Assembly: GCA_965214405.1 (NCBI GenBank)
Contig: OZ243956.1
Coordinates: forward strand, 3,264,001-3,328,000
DNA: 64,000 bases
Source: Trueperaceae bacterium
GTDB lineage: Bacteria; Deinococcota; Deinococci; Deinococcales; Trueperaceae
Direction of reading: 5' to 3'
In this document: positions 37,663-47,416 of the stretch, piece after piece
How positions within the stretch are numbered: the first letter of the stretch is position 1
Layout of the letters: each line of letters opens with the position of its first letter
Program-made: the position numbers and the translations under genes
The notes under the pieces: generated by a model
What the model was told of the DNA's origin: nothing
Seen by the model: the letters and a program-made list of their open reading frames with translations, nothing else
Database searches by the model: none

Positions 37663-39673
37663 GTTTGAGTTTTTGCACCTCCTCCTCGGTTGGATAGCGG
37701 ATGCGGCGGTGCAAAATGGCCGTCATCATCCTTTCAAAGGTGTTGGCGATAATTTCCAAGTCGCGGAAGTTTAGGGGGCTGTCGGCCAACTGGTCGTCCT
37801 GGAGGCGCTGCTCGAAAAGCCGGTCGATAAGCGCGCGGATGCTGCCCTGCGAGGGCTCGGCGAGCGTGCGCGAGGCCGACTCGACCGCGTCGGCGAGCAT
37901 GAGTACGGCGGTCTCTTTGCTTCTGGGCCGGGGGCCGGAGTAGCGAAAGTTGAACTCGTCGAGTTTGTCGGAGTCCTCTAAAGCCCGCTTGTAAAAGTAC
38001 GACAATACGGTGGTGCCGTGGTGCTCCATCACAAAAGGCTCCAGGGCCTTGGGCAGCTTGTACTCGCGCAACAACTCGGCCCCGTCGCGCACGTGCGAAG
38101 TGATGACCAAATAACTCAGGTGCGGCGAGAGCTGGTCGTGCGGGTTTTCACCCGAGAACTGGTTCTCGACAAAAAAGCCGGGCCGCCTGAGCTTACCGAC
38201 GTCGTGGTAGAGCGCGCCGACGCGCGCCAGAAGCGCATTACCGCCGATGTTGGTCACTGCCTGCTCGACCAAGTTGGAGATGATGAGCGAGTGCTGGTAG
38301 GAGCCCGGCGCTTCGATGAGCAACTTTTGGAGCAGGGGAGAGGAGGGGCTCGAGAGCTCGAGCAGCCGGAACTCGGTCAGAAAGCCGATCGAACTTTCCG
38401 CTAAGGGCAGCAGTCCCAGCGCCAGAATCCCCGCAAGCACGCCCCCGCCCAAAATCCAGAGCACGGCGAAGAGCATCGAAAAGGTGCCGAAGGTGCCGAG
38501 CAAAAAGTGAAAGATGCCGTAACTCAAGGCCGCGCCGAGGCCGCTCAGCACGCCCGCCAACAGGAGCGTGGTGCGGGTGCGAAACAAGATGGGGACGAGG
38601 CTCGAGACGGTCGTCCCGACCAAAACCGTGACAAGCGTCAGGAGCGGCGCGCCGGGCGCGAGAAGCGCCACCACCACCGCCAGCCACGCCCCCCAGAGCA
38701 CCGCGACGAGGTCGGAGACGAGCACCGCCACGAGCAGCGGGACGAGGAAGACAAAGAAAAACGTCGGGCTTGCCAGCATCGCCAAACGCTGCGCCGCGAG
38801 CGTGAGCAGCGTCAGCGTGATCAGGAAAACAATTTGCTGGCCCGTGAGCTTAGTTTTGAGGCGACCGTAGGAGAATGCCAGCGGCAGACTCAGGAGGCTT
38901 CCCATGAGCGCGCAGCCGAGGAGCAGCCAGAGGAGTTTGGTGGCTTCTTCGGCGCGGGGATTATAGAGCCCCACCGCCTCCAGCACGCGCAGTTGGTCGG
39001 GTGTGAGGATTTCACCCTCGCGCACGATGGTCTGCTCCGCCTTGAGCCTTTGCATCACGGGGGGCACGGCCTCGGCGGCGGCCTCGCGGGCGGCGGCGGT
39101 CAGCACCGGGTTCTCGCGTGAGGTCGCCAGGAGGGTGCGCTCCAAGATGAGCCCCACCTCGCGCTGCCTTCCCTCGGGCGCGAGGCGCGTCGCCTCGCTA
39201 ATAAGTTCCGGCAGGGTCTCCTCGCGCACGCCCTCGGGCTGGTTGTAACGGGCGACGACAAAGTCTTGCACGGCGGCGGGCAGTCCCGCCGTGGTGAGCG
39301 CGTTGGTGACGAGCGCCTGCGCGGCCGCGTTGGACGTGTAAACGGGCTCAATCTGGCTTCGCGCCGCCTCCCGCTCCCGCTCGGTGGCGAGCTGGTCCAC
39401 AACCTCCACGTCGACGGGCGACTTGTACAGGCCCGGGCTGGGCTCGCCCGCGACCAAACTTTCCCCGCCCCGCTGACCGTAGACGCTATATAAAAGGCCC
39501 GCCACGGCGAGCGCGCTGAGTAAAAACGCGCCCAACAAACGGAGGGTCTGACCATTCACAGCAGCGACCGTAGACGACACCGTGGAGGCGAGCGTAGCCG
39601 ACAGGGTAGAAGACCCGGTAGAAGAATGGGCGGGCGTACTGGCGCGGCGTTTAGACGGTTTTTTGGCGTTCAT
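37619..39673 (-). CDS. 7TM-HD (HDIG) phosphodiesterase, PgpH/YqfF-like
   Basis: Extracellular domain, multiple TMs, EAPGSYQHS, YHDVGK, FVENQ, HHGT, MLADAVE; conserved position between phoH and ybeY. Confidence 0.92.
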   Translation of the reverse strand: MNAKKPSKRRASTPAHSSTGSSTLSATLASTVSSTVAAVNGQTLRLLGAFLLSALAVAGLLYSVYGQRGGESLVAGEPSPGLYKSPVDVEVVDQLATEREREAARSQIEPVYTSNAAAQALVTNALTTAGLPAAVQDFVVARYNQPEGVREETLPELISEATRLAPEGRQREVGLILERTLLATSRENPVLTAAAREAAAEAVPPVMQRLKAEQTIVREGEILTPDQLRVLEAVGLYNPRAEEATKLLWLLLGCALMGSLLSLPLAFSYGRLKTKLTGQQIVFLITLTLLTLAAQRLAMLASPTFFFVFLVPLLVAVLVSDLVAVLWGAWLAVVVALLAPGAPLLTLVTVLVGTTVSSLVPILFRTRTTLLLAGVLSGLGAALSYGIFHFLLGTFGTFSMLFAVLWILGGGVLAGILALGLLPLAESSIGFLTEFRLLELSSPSSPLLQKLLIEAPGSYQHSLIISNLVEQAVTNIGGNALLARVGALYHDVGKLRRPGFFVENQFSGENPHDQLSPHLSYLVITSHVRDGAELLREYKLPKALEPFVMEHHGTTVLSYFYKRALEDSDKLDEFNFRYSGPRPRSKETAVLMLADAVESASRTLAEPSQGSIRALIDRLFEQRLQDDQLADSPLNFRDLEIIANTFERMMTAILHRRIRYPTEEEVQKLKRGGDTRRNAGVPVG

Positions 39674-41663
39674 ACGCCCTCACGATGCGGGCCACCAGCG
39701 GGTGACGCACCACATCCCCTTCGGAAAAGTAGACAAAGCAAATGCCTTCGATGTCGCTCAGAATGTTTTCGGCCACGCTCAAGCCGCTCTTGACGTTGCC
39801 CGGCAGGTCGGTTTGCGTGATGTCGCCCGTGACGACCACCTTGGAGTTGAAACCCATCCGGGTCAAAAACATCTTCATCTGCTCCGGCGTGGTGTTTTGC
39901 GCCTCGTCGAGGATGATAAAGGCGTCGTTGAGCGTGTTGTGCGTGAGGATGAAGTCGTCGGTGACGTAAAGCGAATCGGGCGCGGCAACCCTGATGCAGC
40001 GCGTTTCCGCCCGTCCTGCCGGGCTGATGCTTTTGATAAAGCGCATTGGGCGGCCTCCGCCATGCTGAGCGTAAGTCTCTGCCTTACGTTGCAGGCGGAA
40101 AGGGGCCAACGCTTTGGGCAAGCGGATGTCCATAACATAAGCGTCATGACGGTAGGGAACCTCGCGCCCTTTGGCAAGACCTGGTTTACGCCCCTCGGCG
40201 AGCCGCTTACGCCAGCAGGCGACGCCGCCGAGTGAACGCACCAGAAAGAGCACGTCATTTTTAAGCTGTGCCGAGGTCGTGGTGTACTGGATGCGGCAGG
40301 AACGCCCTGACTGGGTGACGGGGCCGCCGTCGCTGTCTAACAAACCTTGTAAAATGGCGTGGCGAACCGCGGCGCTGTTATATAGATAGACTTTGGGAAC
40401 GAATTTCGTGTGAGAGCGAGTGCCCGCCAAGTCCAGATCGCGCAACGCTTGGGTGACGGGATTAGTGACGATGACACCGCCGCGCCCGCCTTTGGTGTAG
40501 GTGAGTACAAAGTCTACACCCGACTTGTAGGTGACGGCGATGTCCAGCGGCTGCAAAGCGGTTTGCAAAGCCGTAACTAGGTCGGCGTCGGCACTGCTGA
40601 AACTTGGCGTTGTCGCGGTCGTTAAACAACCGTCGCCCAACAGCAAACCCAAAGCGTAAGGGTCTAAGGGAACCCTCTGCTCGATAAAATGAACGGGCGT
40701 GGATAGCAAGGGCAGTTCATAACGGTGCTGATGGGCGGCTTTTAGCTTGGTCAGCAAATGTTGCGTTTCGAGCACTCTGGCGGGCTTACCGCGCCGTCTG
40801 TCCGACGGCGTCAGCACGCTCCACAGGTGTTCGGCGCAGCACAGTGTTTCGGAGCCGTCCGTCATAGTGACGCGGTAAACGTCTTTTTCACCTTGCGGAT
40901 AAACGCCTAAGACTTGGGTGGCTCGCCCGCTCGAGCCGACGACGTAGTCACCGACTTCCAAGCTCCCCATGTCGCGCCAGCCCAAAGGCGTCAGCACCTT
41001 GCTGTCCAAAGGTTGTGCCCGGCCCCGCATGAACGCCAAGGGAGCCACTTCGATGGCACCGTTTTCTAGGTACTGGTCGATGCGTTCACCCTCGAGCATG
41101 TCGTAAAGCGCGTCGTACAAAGGCCGCAAGTACGGGTCGATCTTGGCCTGCAAGTCGCCGGGCAAAAAGCCCAGCTTCTCGCCCGCCTCGACCGCGGGCC
41201 GGGTCAGGATGATGCGCTTGACCCGCTTGTCTTTCAAGGCCTGTACCGCCGCCGCCACCGCCAGGTAAGTTTTGCCCGTGCCCGCGGGGCCGATGCCAAA
41301 GACGATTTCGCTGTTTTCGACCGCGCCAATGTAGCGCCGCTGGCCCGCCGTCTTGGGGCGCGCGCGGCGCGGCAGCCGGTTGGCGAGACCCTGCGGACCC
41401 TCTTCGGTTTCGCCTAAAGTGCCGTGCTCGAGCTCCGTCGGCGACAGCGTATCGCCGCGGCGAATCGTGGCGAGCAGCGTCTGGAAGGTGCGCTCGGCCT
41501 CCGCCACGGCGTCTTGTTCGCCGCTTAGGCGCAACTCGTCGCCGCGCGCCACGATGGTGGCGGCGAGCCGGTTGCGCAAAAGTTTGAGATTTTCGTCGTT
41601 ATGGCCGAAGAGCGATATCGCCTCGGCGGGGGAGCGAAGTTTTAGAGTTACCGATGTTGCGAT
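39651..41663 (-). CDS. phoH: PhoH-family ATPase (YbeZ-like) with an intein; probable ATC start at 41663
   Basis: GPAGTGKTYLA, LTRPAVEAGEKLGFLPGD, APLAFMRGR|intein|TLNDAFIILDEAQN, GDITQTDLP, VVRHPLV. Confidence 0.95.
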   Translation of the reverse strand: MATSVTLKLRSPAEAISLFGHNDENLKLLRNRLAATIVARGDELRLSGEQDAVAEAERTFQTLLATIRRGDTLSPTELEHGTLGETEEGPQGLANRLPRRARPKTAGQRRYIGAVENSEIVFGIGPAGTGKTYLAVAAAVQALKDKRVKRIILTRPAVEAGEKLGFLPGDLQAKIDPYLRPLYDALYDMLEGERIDQYLENGAIEVAPLAFMRGRAQPLDSKVLTPLGWRDMGSLEVGDYVVGSSGRATQVLGVYPQGEKDVYRVTMTDGSETLCCAEHLWSVLTPSDRRRGKPARVLETQHLLTKLKAAHQHRYELPLLSTPVHFIEQRVPLDPYALGLLLGDGCLTTATTPSFSSADADLVTALQTALQPLDIAVTYKSGVDFVLTYTKGGRGGVIVTNPVTQALRDLDLAGTRSHTKFVPKVYLYNSAAVRHAILQGLLDSDGGPVTQSGRSCRIQYTTTSAQLKNDVLFLVRSLGGVACWRKRLAEGRKPGLAKGREVPYRHDAYVMDIRLPKALAPFRLQRKAETYAQHGGGRPMRFIKSISPAGRAETRCIRVAAPDSLYVTDDFILTHNTLNDAFIILDEAQNTTPEQMKMFLTRMGFNSKVVVTGDITQTDLPGNVKSGLSVAENILSDIEGICFVYFSEGDVVRHPLVARIVRAYERQKTV
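39936..41018 (-). mobile_element. Class 3 (Ala1) intein with LAGLIDADG homing endonuclease, 361 aa
   Basis: Starts AQPLDSKVLTP, ends FILTHN/T; EHLW (block B Trp), RCIRV (block F Cys), THN (block G Thr); endonuclease motifs LGLLLGDG and LQGLLDSDG. Confidence 0.93.
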
Positions 41664-42337
41664 GATCGCCTCCTGTGAGGGTGTTTAGACGGGGGGTCCG
41701 ACAGAATTTGGTGCCAGATGAGGCCCCGCAAAACCGCCCGCTCATCGAGCGCCATGAGCGCATCCCGGCCTAGTGTAGCCGATTTTTTCCCCCGACGACG
41801 TTGCACACGTAGCGGTGCCGCCTCACCGCGGCGCGCGAGTTCGGCGGCGGTACTGGTGAGAGACGCGCCGCTCATAGGCGCGCTGTTTAGCGTGCTGCCC
41901 TCGAGCCCCTGCCCGCCCATCTCGAGCCCCTGCCCGCCCATCTCCAAGCCCCGCGACGCCCGCGCGTCTTGCGCGGTTTGCGGGCGAGGCGCGGTCGGAA
42001 AAAGGGTGGTCGCTTCTTCCCTGGTCGTATCTCTTTGGGGTGAGGTCTGCGCAGTGCGGCCCCCGCGGTTCCCGTCCATCGCCTCTTGCACCCGCCGACG
42101 AGCCTCCTCTAAACGCCTGTCAAAGCTCGAGTCGTTCTCATCCCTGGACTGAGTGCTAGGCGCTGAAGCGGGGCGCGTGGTGCTTGTGCGGGTCGTCGTC
42201 TGGGTTTTACCCTGCGGCGGTCGGCGCTGACCCTTCGTCCCGCCTTGCCCGCCGCTCCCCCGCCCTCGCTGCAAAAGGCCGTTGATGACGGGGACAATGA
42301 CGAACACGAGGAACAAGACGAGCGTGAGGATGTCCAC
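41648..42337 (-). CDS. Membrane-anchored low-complexity protein (YqfB-like position after floA)
   Basis: N-terminal TM, GLEMGGQ repeats, C-terminal GLIWHQILSDPP. Confidence 0.75.
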   Translation of the reverse strand: MDILTLVLFLVFVIVPVINGLLQRGRGSGGQGGTKGQRRPPQGKTQTTTRTSTTRPASAPSTQSRDENDSSFDRRLEEARRRVQEAMDGNRGGRTAQTSPQRDTTREEATTLFPTAPRPQTAQDARASRGLEMGGQGLEMGGQGLEGSTLNSAPMSGASLTSTAAELARRGEAAPLRVQRRRGKKSATLGRDALMALDERAVLRGLIWHQILSDPPSKHPHRRRSSQHR

Positions 42338-42339
42338 GC

Positions 42340-43314
42340 CTACTCCTCGCCGGGCGTCTCGGTCGCCTGCGCGATGTTGCCGCGCATCCGCGTGTCGGAC
42401 TGGATATTTTGAAGGTTATAGTAGTCCATGATGCCCAGATTGCCCTCCCGAAACGCCTGCGAAATCGCGCGCGGCACCTCGGCCTCGGCCTCAACCACCT
42501 TGGCGCGCATCTCCTCAACTTGCGCGCGGAATTCCTGCTCGGCGGCCACCGCCATCGCGCGCCGCTCCTCGGCCTTGGCCTGCGCCACGCGCTTGTCGGC
42601 CTCCGCCTGGTCGGTCTGGAGAATCGCGCCGATGTTTTTGCCCACGTTGACGTCGGCAATGTCGATGGACAGAATCTCAAAGGCGGTGCCCGAGTCGAGC
42701 CCCTTGGCGAGCACCGTTTTGGAAATCGAGTCGGGATTTTCCAAGACCATTTTGTGCGAACCCGACGAACCGATGGACGACACGATGCCCTCGCCCACGC
42801 GCGCGATGATGGTCTCTTCGCCCGCGCCCCCGACGAGGCGCTCTAAGTTCGCCCGCACCGTCACCCGCGCCGTCGAGATGAGTTCGATGCCGTCCTTGGC
42901 GACCGCCGAAACATTGGGCGTCTGGATGACGCGCGGGTTGACCGAGACCTTGACGGCGTCCAGCACGTTACGCCCCGCCAAGTCGATGGCCGCCGCGCGG
43001 TCGAAGGGCAGCGCGATGCGCGCCTTGTCGGCGGCGATGAGCGCGTCCACCACCCGGTCGACGTTGCCGCCCGCCAGGTAGTGCGCCTCGAGCTGATTCT
43101 GATTCACCTCGATGCCCGCCTTGTCGGCCTTGATAAGCGGCAAGATGATTTTATTGGGCGGCACCCGCCGCAGCCGCATGGCGACCAGGCTGGGCAGGCT
43201 CACGTTGACCCCCGCCGCGACCGCCGAAATCCAGAGCCCGATGGGGATGACCGAGAAGAGGATGAGAAAGAAAACGAGCACAGCGCCAGCGATGATTAAA
43301 ATTCCTATGTCCAT
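42340..43314 (-). CDS. floA: Flotillin-like protein FloA (YqfA)
   Basis: [66 protein letters not shown]. Confidence 0.95.
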   Translation of the reverse strand: MDIGILIIAGAVLVFFLILFSVIPIGLWISAVAAGVNVSLPSLVAMRLRRVPPNKIILPLIKADKAGIEVNQNQLEAHYLAGGNVDRVVDALIAADKARIALPFDRAAAIDLAGRNVLDAVKVSVNPRVIQTPNVSAVAKDGIELISTARVTVRANLERLVGGAGEETIIARVGEGIVSSIGSSGSHKMVLENPDSISKTVLAKGLDSGTAFEILSIDIADVNVGKNIGAILQTDQAEADKRVAQAKAEERRAMAVAAEQEFRAQVEEMRAKVVEAEAEVPRAISQAFREGNLGIMDYYNLQNIQSDTRMRGNIAQATETPGEE

Positions 43315-43608
43315 GTGTCTCCTTTTGTCAATGTCCTACAATTTGTAAATCCAGCCAAGCGTGACTTGGTTATTGAACGTTGCTGCGTGGGTCCTGTGGT
43401 TGGTGTGGTCGGTTCCGCGAGCGCCTTCATGGTCATGTTTGTTGACGTTCTTATCATACTGTATCGGCGGCGTCTTGGCGTGCAAACGTCCGCGCGTGAG
43501 GCGCGAGCACGCCTCATCATACGTTGTCCATGTTGTACGGAGAAATAGGTGCGGGAGGGCTCGAGGGTGAAATAAAAATTGAAGGAAGACTTGACCTCAA
43601 CAGGGGCG

Positions 43609-44964
43609 TCAAGCCTCGACCGCCCGCACCGTCACGCGGTTGCCTTCCACGCGGAGCACCCGGACGGGGGTGCCGGAGCCGATAAAGTCGCCCTCGGTCA
43701 CCACGTCCACGCGCGCCTCGCCAAAACGCGCGACCCCGGCGGGGCGCAAGTCGGAGGTGGCGACGCCCTCGTGGCCCACCAGGTCGTAGAGGCTCTCGGT
43801 GGCTTTCACGCCGCCTAAGTCTGTGTTGAGTTCGCTCGTAAGCCGCGTCGAAAGAGTGAGAAAGCCGCCGAAGCGCTTGTTGGGGAAGAGCCAAAAGGCG
43901 AGCCCGAGCAGCGCCGCCGCAAAGAGCGTGGTGTAGGAAAGCACCGAAACCGAACGCTCCTCGAAAATGCGAAAAATCGCAAAGATGATGGCGGCGAGCC
44001 CCAAAACACCCGCCACGCCAAAGCCCGGAATCACCAGCACCTCGGCGGCCAAGAGCAGCACCCCCGCGAGCAGCAAGACCAAATCAAAGGGTCCCGCGGG
44101 CGTGGCGATAAACGCGCCGCCGAAAAAGAGCGCCAGCGCGAGCGCCCCGATGCCGCCCGGCAGGCCGAAGCCGGGGGTAAAAACCTCGATGAGAATCCCG
44201 CCGAGACCCACCGCCAAGAGCAGCGCGGCGACGAGCGGACTTGTTAAGCCCCCCGCGACGCGTTCGGAGAGGGTGGGCTCGAGCCGCTGAATCGTCGCGC
44301 CGCCGTAGCCAAACCCTTCCAATGCGTCACCCAAACTTCTCGCCTCGATGTTCGCAATGTTGTATTCCACCGCCTGCGCGGCGCTTAGCGTCACGAGTTC
44401 CTCATTGGTCGACAAGCCCGGAATCTCGACGCGCGTGTCGACCATGCCCTCGGCCACCTCGGCGTTGCGCCCGCGCGCCTCGGCGGTCGCGCGAAAAATC
44501 CCGCGCCAGGCCGAGTTGACTTTCTCGCTCGCCTGCTGCCCCGTAAGGCCGTTGATGACCGTGGCCGCGCCTATCTCGGAGCCCGGCAGCATCGCAACTT
44601 GTTCGGTACTCATCGCAATCAAGGCCCCCGCGCTGAGCGCGCTCTCGACCACGGCAAAAGTCGGCACGCTCGAGCGCTGCAAAATGGCGTCGCTGATGCG
44701 CTGCGCCGCGTCGATGCGACCGCCCGGCGTGTTGATGAGAAACACCAGCGCCAGAGGCTGCGCCTCGTTGGCCTCCTCGATGCGCCTTTCTACAAACTGC
44801 GCGGTGGCGGGGGTAATCTCCGAGTCAATCGGCACGACCCAGACGGATGACCCGACCGGAGCCGACTGCGCGGTGGTGACGGAAACTGAGTGAATCAAAC
44901 TTAAGAAGAGCAAGCCCAAAAACCACACTACCCGCGTAGGGCGCACCCTCAACATCTTTGTCAT
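43609..44964 (-). CDS. nfeD: NfeD-family membrane serine protease (YqeZ-like)
   Basis: INTPGG, ALSAGALI, IGAA, TPGFG, IPGFGVAG, C-terminal DLRPAG...VDVVTEG OB fold. Confidence 0.92.
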   Translation of the reverse strand: MTKMLRVRPTRVVWFLGLLFLSLIHSVSVTTAQSAPVGSSVWVVPIDSEITPATAQFVERRIEEANEAQPLALVFLINTPGGRIDAAQRISDAILQRSSVPTFAVVESALSAGALIAMSTEQVAMLPGSEIGAATVINGLTGQQASEKVNSAWRGIFRATAEARGRNAEVAEGMVDTRVEIPGLSTNEELVTLSAAQAVEYNIANIEARSLGDALEGFGYGGATIQRLEPTLSERVAGGLTSPLVAALLLAVGLGGILIEVFTPGFGLPGGIGALALALFFGGAFIATPAGPFDLVLLLAGVLLLAAEVLVIPGFGVAGVLGLAAIIFAIFRIFEERSVSVLSYTTLFAAALLGLAFWLFPNKRFGGFLTLSTRLTSELNTDLGGVKATESLYDLVGHEGVATSDLRPAGVARFGEARVDVVTEGDFIGSGTPVRVLRVEGNRVTVRAVEA

Positions 44965-45366
44965 GAAGCGATGATATCACGTTCCAAGACGCTTCAGAAG
45001 CGTGCGGAACACGCCTCTTGAATGCGAAAATCGAGGATGGACGATGGTGCGCGAGCCCTTCTACACGCCGTACCAAGGCGTGTTGGCAAACCCCTTAAGG
45101 CTGATTCACGCGCTGCCGGGAAAGCCGACCCGCCCGCGGTGGTATCTTTGGCGGTGTTTTAGGGATGGTATTTTCGTCTGAGGGGTAGGAGCTGTGATGG
45201 TTGTGACGATAAGGCGCGCTGTTCGGAATCAAGATGCACACCAAGGACACATACTAAAATGCGGGTACTAAACATCTGAGACACAGCGTGTTATCAAAGT
45301 TGAAGTTGTTCAAGTTCGTTAAAGTCACGTAGAACCTACACAACATCATCCATAACGGAGGCGTTT

Positions 45367-45666
45367 ATGCAACGGACCAAAGCGGAACTCGAGGCGATGA
45401 GCCACCCCGACCTAGTCGCGCGGGTGCTCGAGCTCCAGGACATCGTGCGCGAGGGGCTGGTGGTGCGCGAGGCGCTGCACGCGGTTTTGAACGACCTCTT
45501 AAACGCCAAGGCGGACGAGGTGGAACACTACGCGGACGTGCGCGGCTCGCTCAGCCCCGAAGAGGAACTCCTCAAACACGCCTGGGCCAACGCCCGCCAC
45601 GCGCTCTCGAACCCCCTGGGCGCGGCGCGGCTCCGGCAGGGCTACCGGGTGCAAAGTGGGGCGTAA
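45367..45666 (+). CDS. Hypothetical protein
   Basis: GGAGG SD; helical 99-aa ORF with host-like codon usage. Confidence 0.7.
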   Translation: MQRTKAELEAMSHPDLVARVLELQDIVREGLVVREALHAVLNDLLNAKADEVEHYADVRGSLSPEEELLKHAWANARHALSNPLGAARLRQGYRVQSGA

Positions 45667-45792
45667 CGTCTCGAGGATGGCCATGCCAGACTTGAATCGA
45701 CCAGACCGGGCGGCTTAAAATGTGCGCCGCACCCAGACCTGCGCCGAGCAACAGACATACGATTGAACAAATTCAGGACCAGGGGGTTTGTG

Positions 45793-45984
45793 ATGGCAGC
45801 CAATCCAATCGAGATACAAAAGCACCTCAGCGGGGTAGAGTATCCGGCCAGCAAAGAAGACTTGGTCAGCCACGCCCGCGAGGAAAGCGCGCCCGACGAG
45901 GTGTTGGACACCTTGCAGCGCCTGCCCGAACGAGACTACGACGGCCCTACCGCGGTAGCGGAGGCGGTGGGAGGGCTCGAGTAA
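45793..45984 (+). CDS. DUF2795-family small protein
   Basis: NPIEIQKHLSGVEYPASKEDLV..A....A..EV...L..LP...Y..P..V. Confidence 0.85.
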   Translation: MAANPIEIQKHLSGVEYPASKEDLVSHAREESAPDEVLDTLQRLPERDYDGPTAVAEAVGGLE

Positions 45985-46034
45985 AGCCTTCTGAATCAGC
46001 GTGAGAGTCGCATCACTCGGGGGAGGGAGGCGCT

Positions 46035-46388
46035 ATGCCCAAAGGCGTCAGCAAGAAGCGCGAACGCGAGTATGAGGAGCTAAAAAACGAATTCAAGGAT
46101 GAGGGCCGCTACAAGGGCCGCGAGGAGGAAGTCGCCGCGCGCATCGTCAACAAACAGCGCGCCGAGTACGGCGAGACGAAAGAGGCGCGGGAGAAGGACA
46201 AACGGGGCGAATCGCCCGACCGCGACCTCCCCATCAGTGATTACCAGCATCTGACGGTCGACGAAGTGACGGGGAAATTGGACGGCCTCGGCGAGGACAA
46301 CCTAAAGGACATCAAGGCGTACGAAGAAGAGCACAAAAACCGTAAAACGTTGCTCGAGGCACTGGATAGAAGGCTCGAGGACGCATGA
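46035..46388 (+). CDS. Conserved small charged protein (stress-associated type)
   Basis: MPKG.S.KREREYE.LK...EEVAARIVNKQR plus LPI.DY..LTV.EV...YEE.HKNRKT; GGAGG SD. Confidence 0.8.
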   Translation: MPKGVSKKREREYEELKNEFKDEGRYKGREEEVAARIVNKQRAEYGETKEAREKDKRGESPDRDLPISDYQHLTVDEVTGKLDGLGEDNLKDIKAYEEEHKNRKTLLEALDRRLEDA

Positions 46389-47392
46389 ACGCACGCCAGA
46401 AGGTGATAGCGCCCGCCACGCTGCGGGACAAACTCGGCATCTGTCAGTGGTTTCACTTTGAAGCTTATGATGACGTCACGCGCTCGGTCGAACTCCTGCA
46501 AGACCTCGGCGTGAAACACTTACGCACCGGCGTTTCCTGGGCCGACTATCACCGACCCGGCGGGCGGCGCTGGTACGACTGGCAGATGAGGACACTCTCT
46601 GAGGCGGGGTTAGACCTCCTCTTGTCGGTGTGGCACACGCCGCCCTCGCTGGCCGAGGGCGAAAGCTGCGCGGGGCCGCCCCGGAACCTCAAGGACTACG
46701 CAGACTTTATCGACACGCTTATCAAACGTTACGGTGATTTTTTTGGAACGCTCGAGCTTTGGAACGAACCCAATAACCGCCTCAAGTGGGACTTTATTCA
46801 CCACGACCCGCGGTGGGAAAAGTTCGGGCGAATGGTCGGGATGGCCGCCAATTGGGCGCGTCAGTGCGGCAAAAAAACCGTCTTGGGCGGGATGATTCCG
46901 GTGGACCCGCACTGGTTGGGGTTAATGCAGGGATACGGGGCGCTCGAGCACGTCGACGTGGTCGCCATCCACGGTTTTCCAGAAATGTGGTGGTCGGACG
47001 CGCCCAATTGGGACTGGCACAGCCACTGGCAGGGCTGGGCGCACAAGCTTGGCGTTGTTGCCGACGTGGCTAAAGAGCGGCCCATCTGGGTTACAGAAAC
47101 AGGACTTGCGACTTGGGACTTGGCAAGCGAGAAACCCGCCAAACACAAGTTACAGGTGAGGATGCTCGAGGACGCCGCGAGCGCACCGACCGAGCGCGTG
47201 TACTGGTACTGCCTGCTCGACCTGCACCCGGAGCGCGCCGCCATCGAAGGGTTCCATGTGGACGAGAACGAATATCATCTGGGCCTAGTTACGCACGAGG
47301 GCACGCTCAAACCCGCGTACGACCGTTTCAAGGCGCTTCTTGGCGGAGAGCCCGTTCGTCAGCGCGCGGAGGATGAGCCCAGCGCCCGGTGA
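46385..47392 (+). CDS. Clan GH-A glycoside hydrolase (beta-xylosidase-like)
   Basis: LRTGVSW, ELWNEPNN acid/base, WVTETG nucleophile, YWY.L.D. Confidence 0.8.
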   Translation: MNARQKVIAPATLRDKLGICQWFHFEAYDDVTRSVELLQDLGVKHLRTGVSWADYHRPGGRRWYDWQMRTLSEAGLDLLLSVWHTPPSLAEGESCAGPPRNLKDYADFIDTLIKRYGDFFGTLELWNEPNNRLKWDFIHHDPRWEKFGRMVGMAANWARQCGKKTVLGGMIPVDPHWLGLMQGYGALEHVDVVAIHGFPEMWWSDAPNWDWHSHWQGWAHKLGVVADVAKERPIWVTETGLATWDLASEKPAKHKLQVRMLEDAASAPTERVYWYCLLDLHPERAAIEGFHVDENEYHLGLVTHEGTLKPAYDRFKALLGGEPVRQRAEDEPSAR

Positions 47393-47416
47393 GCGCTCTT
47401 ATTTCTCGGTGAATCC

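Noticed and set aside
43305..43520. 71-aa ORF between nfeD and floA
   Set aside because: No SD or recognisable family, and it overlaps the floA RBS; more likely a promoter/UTR region.
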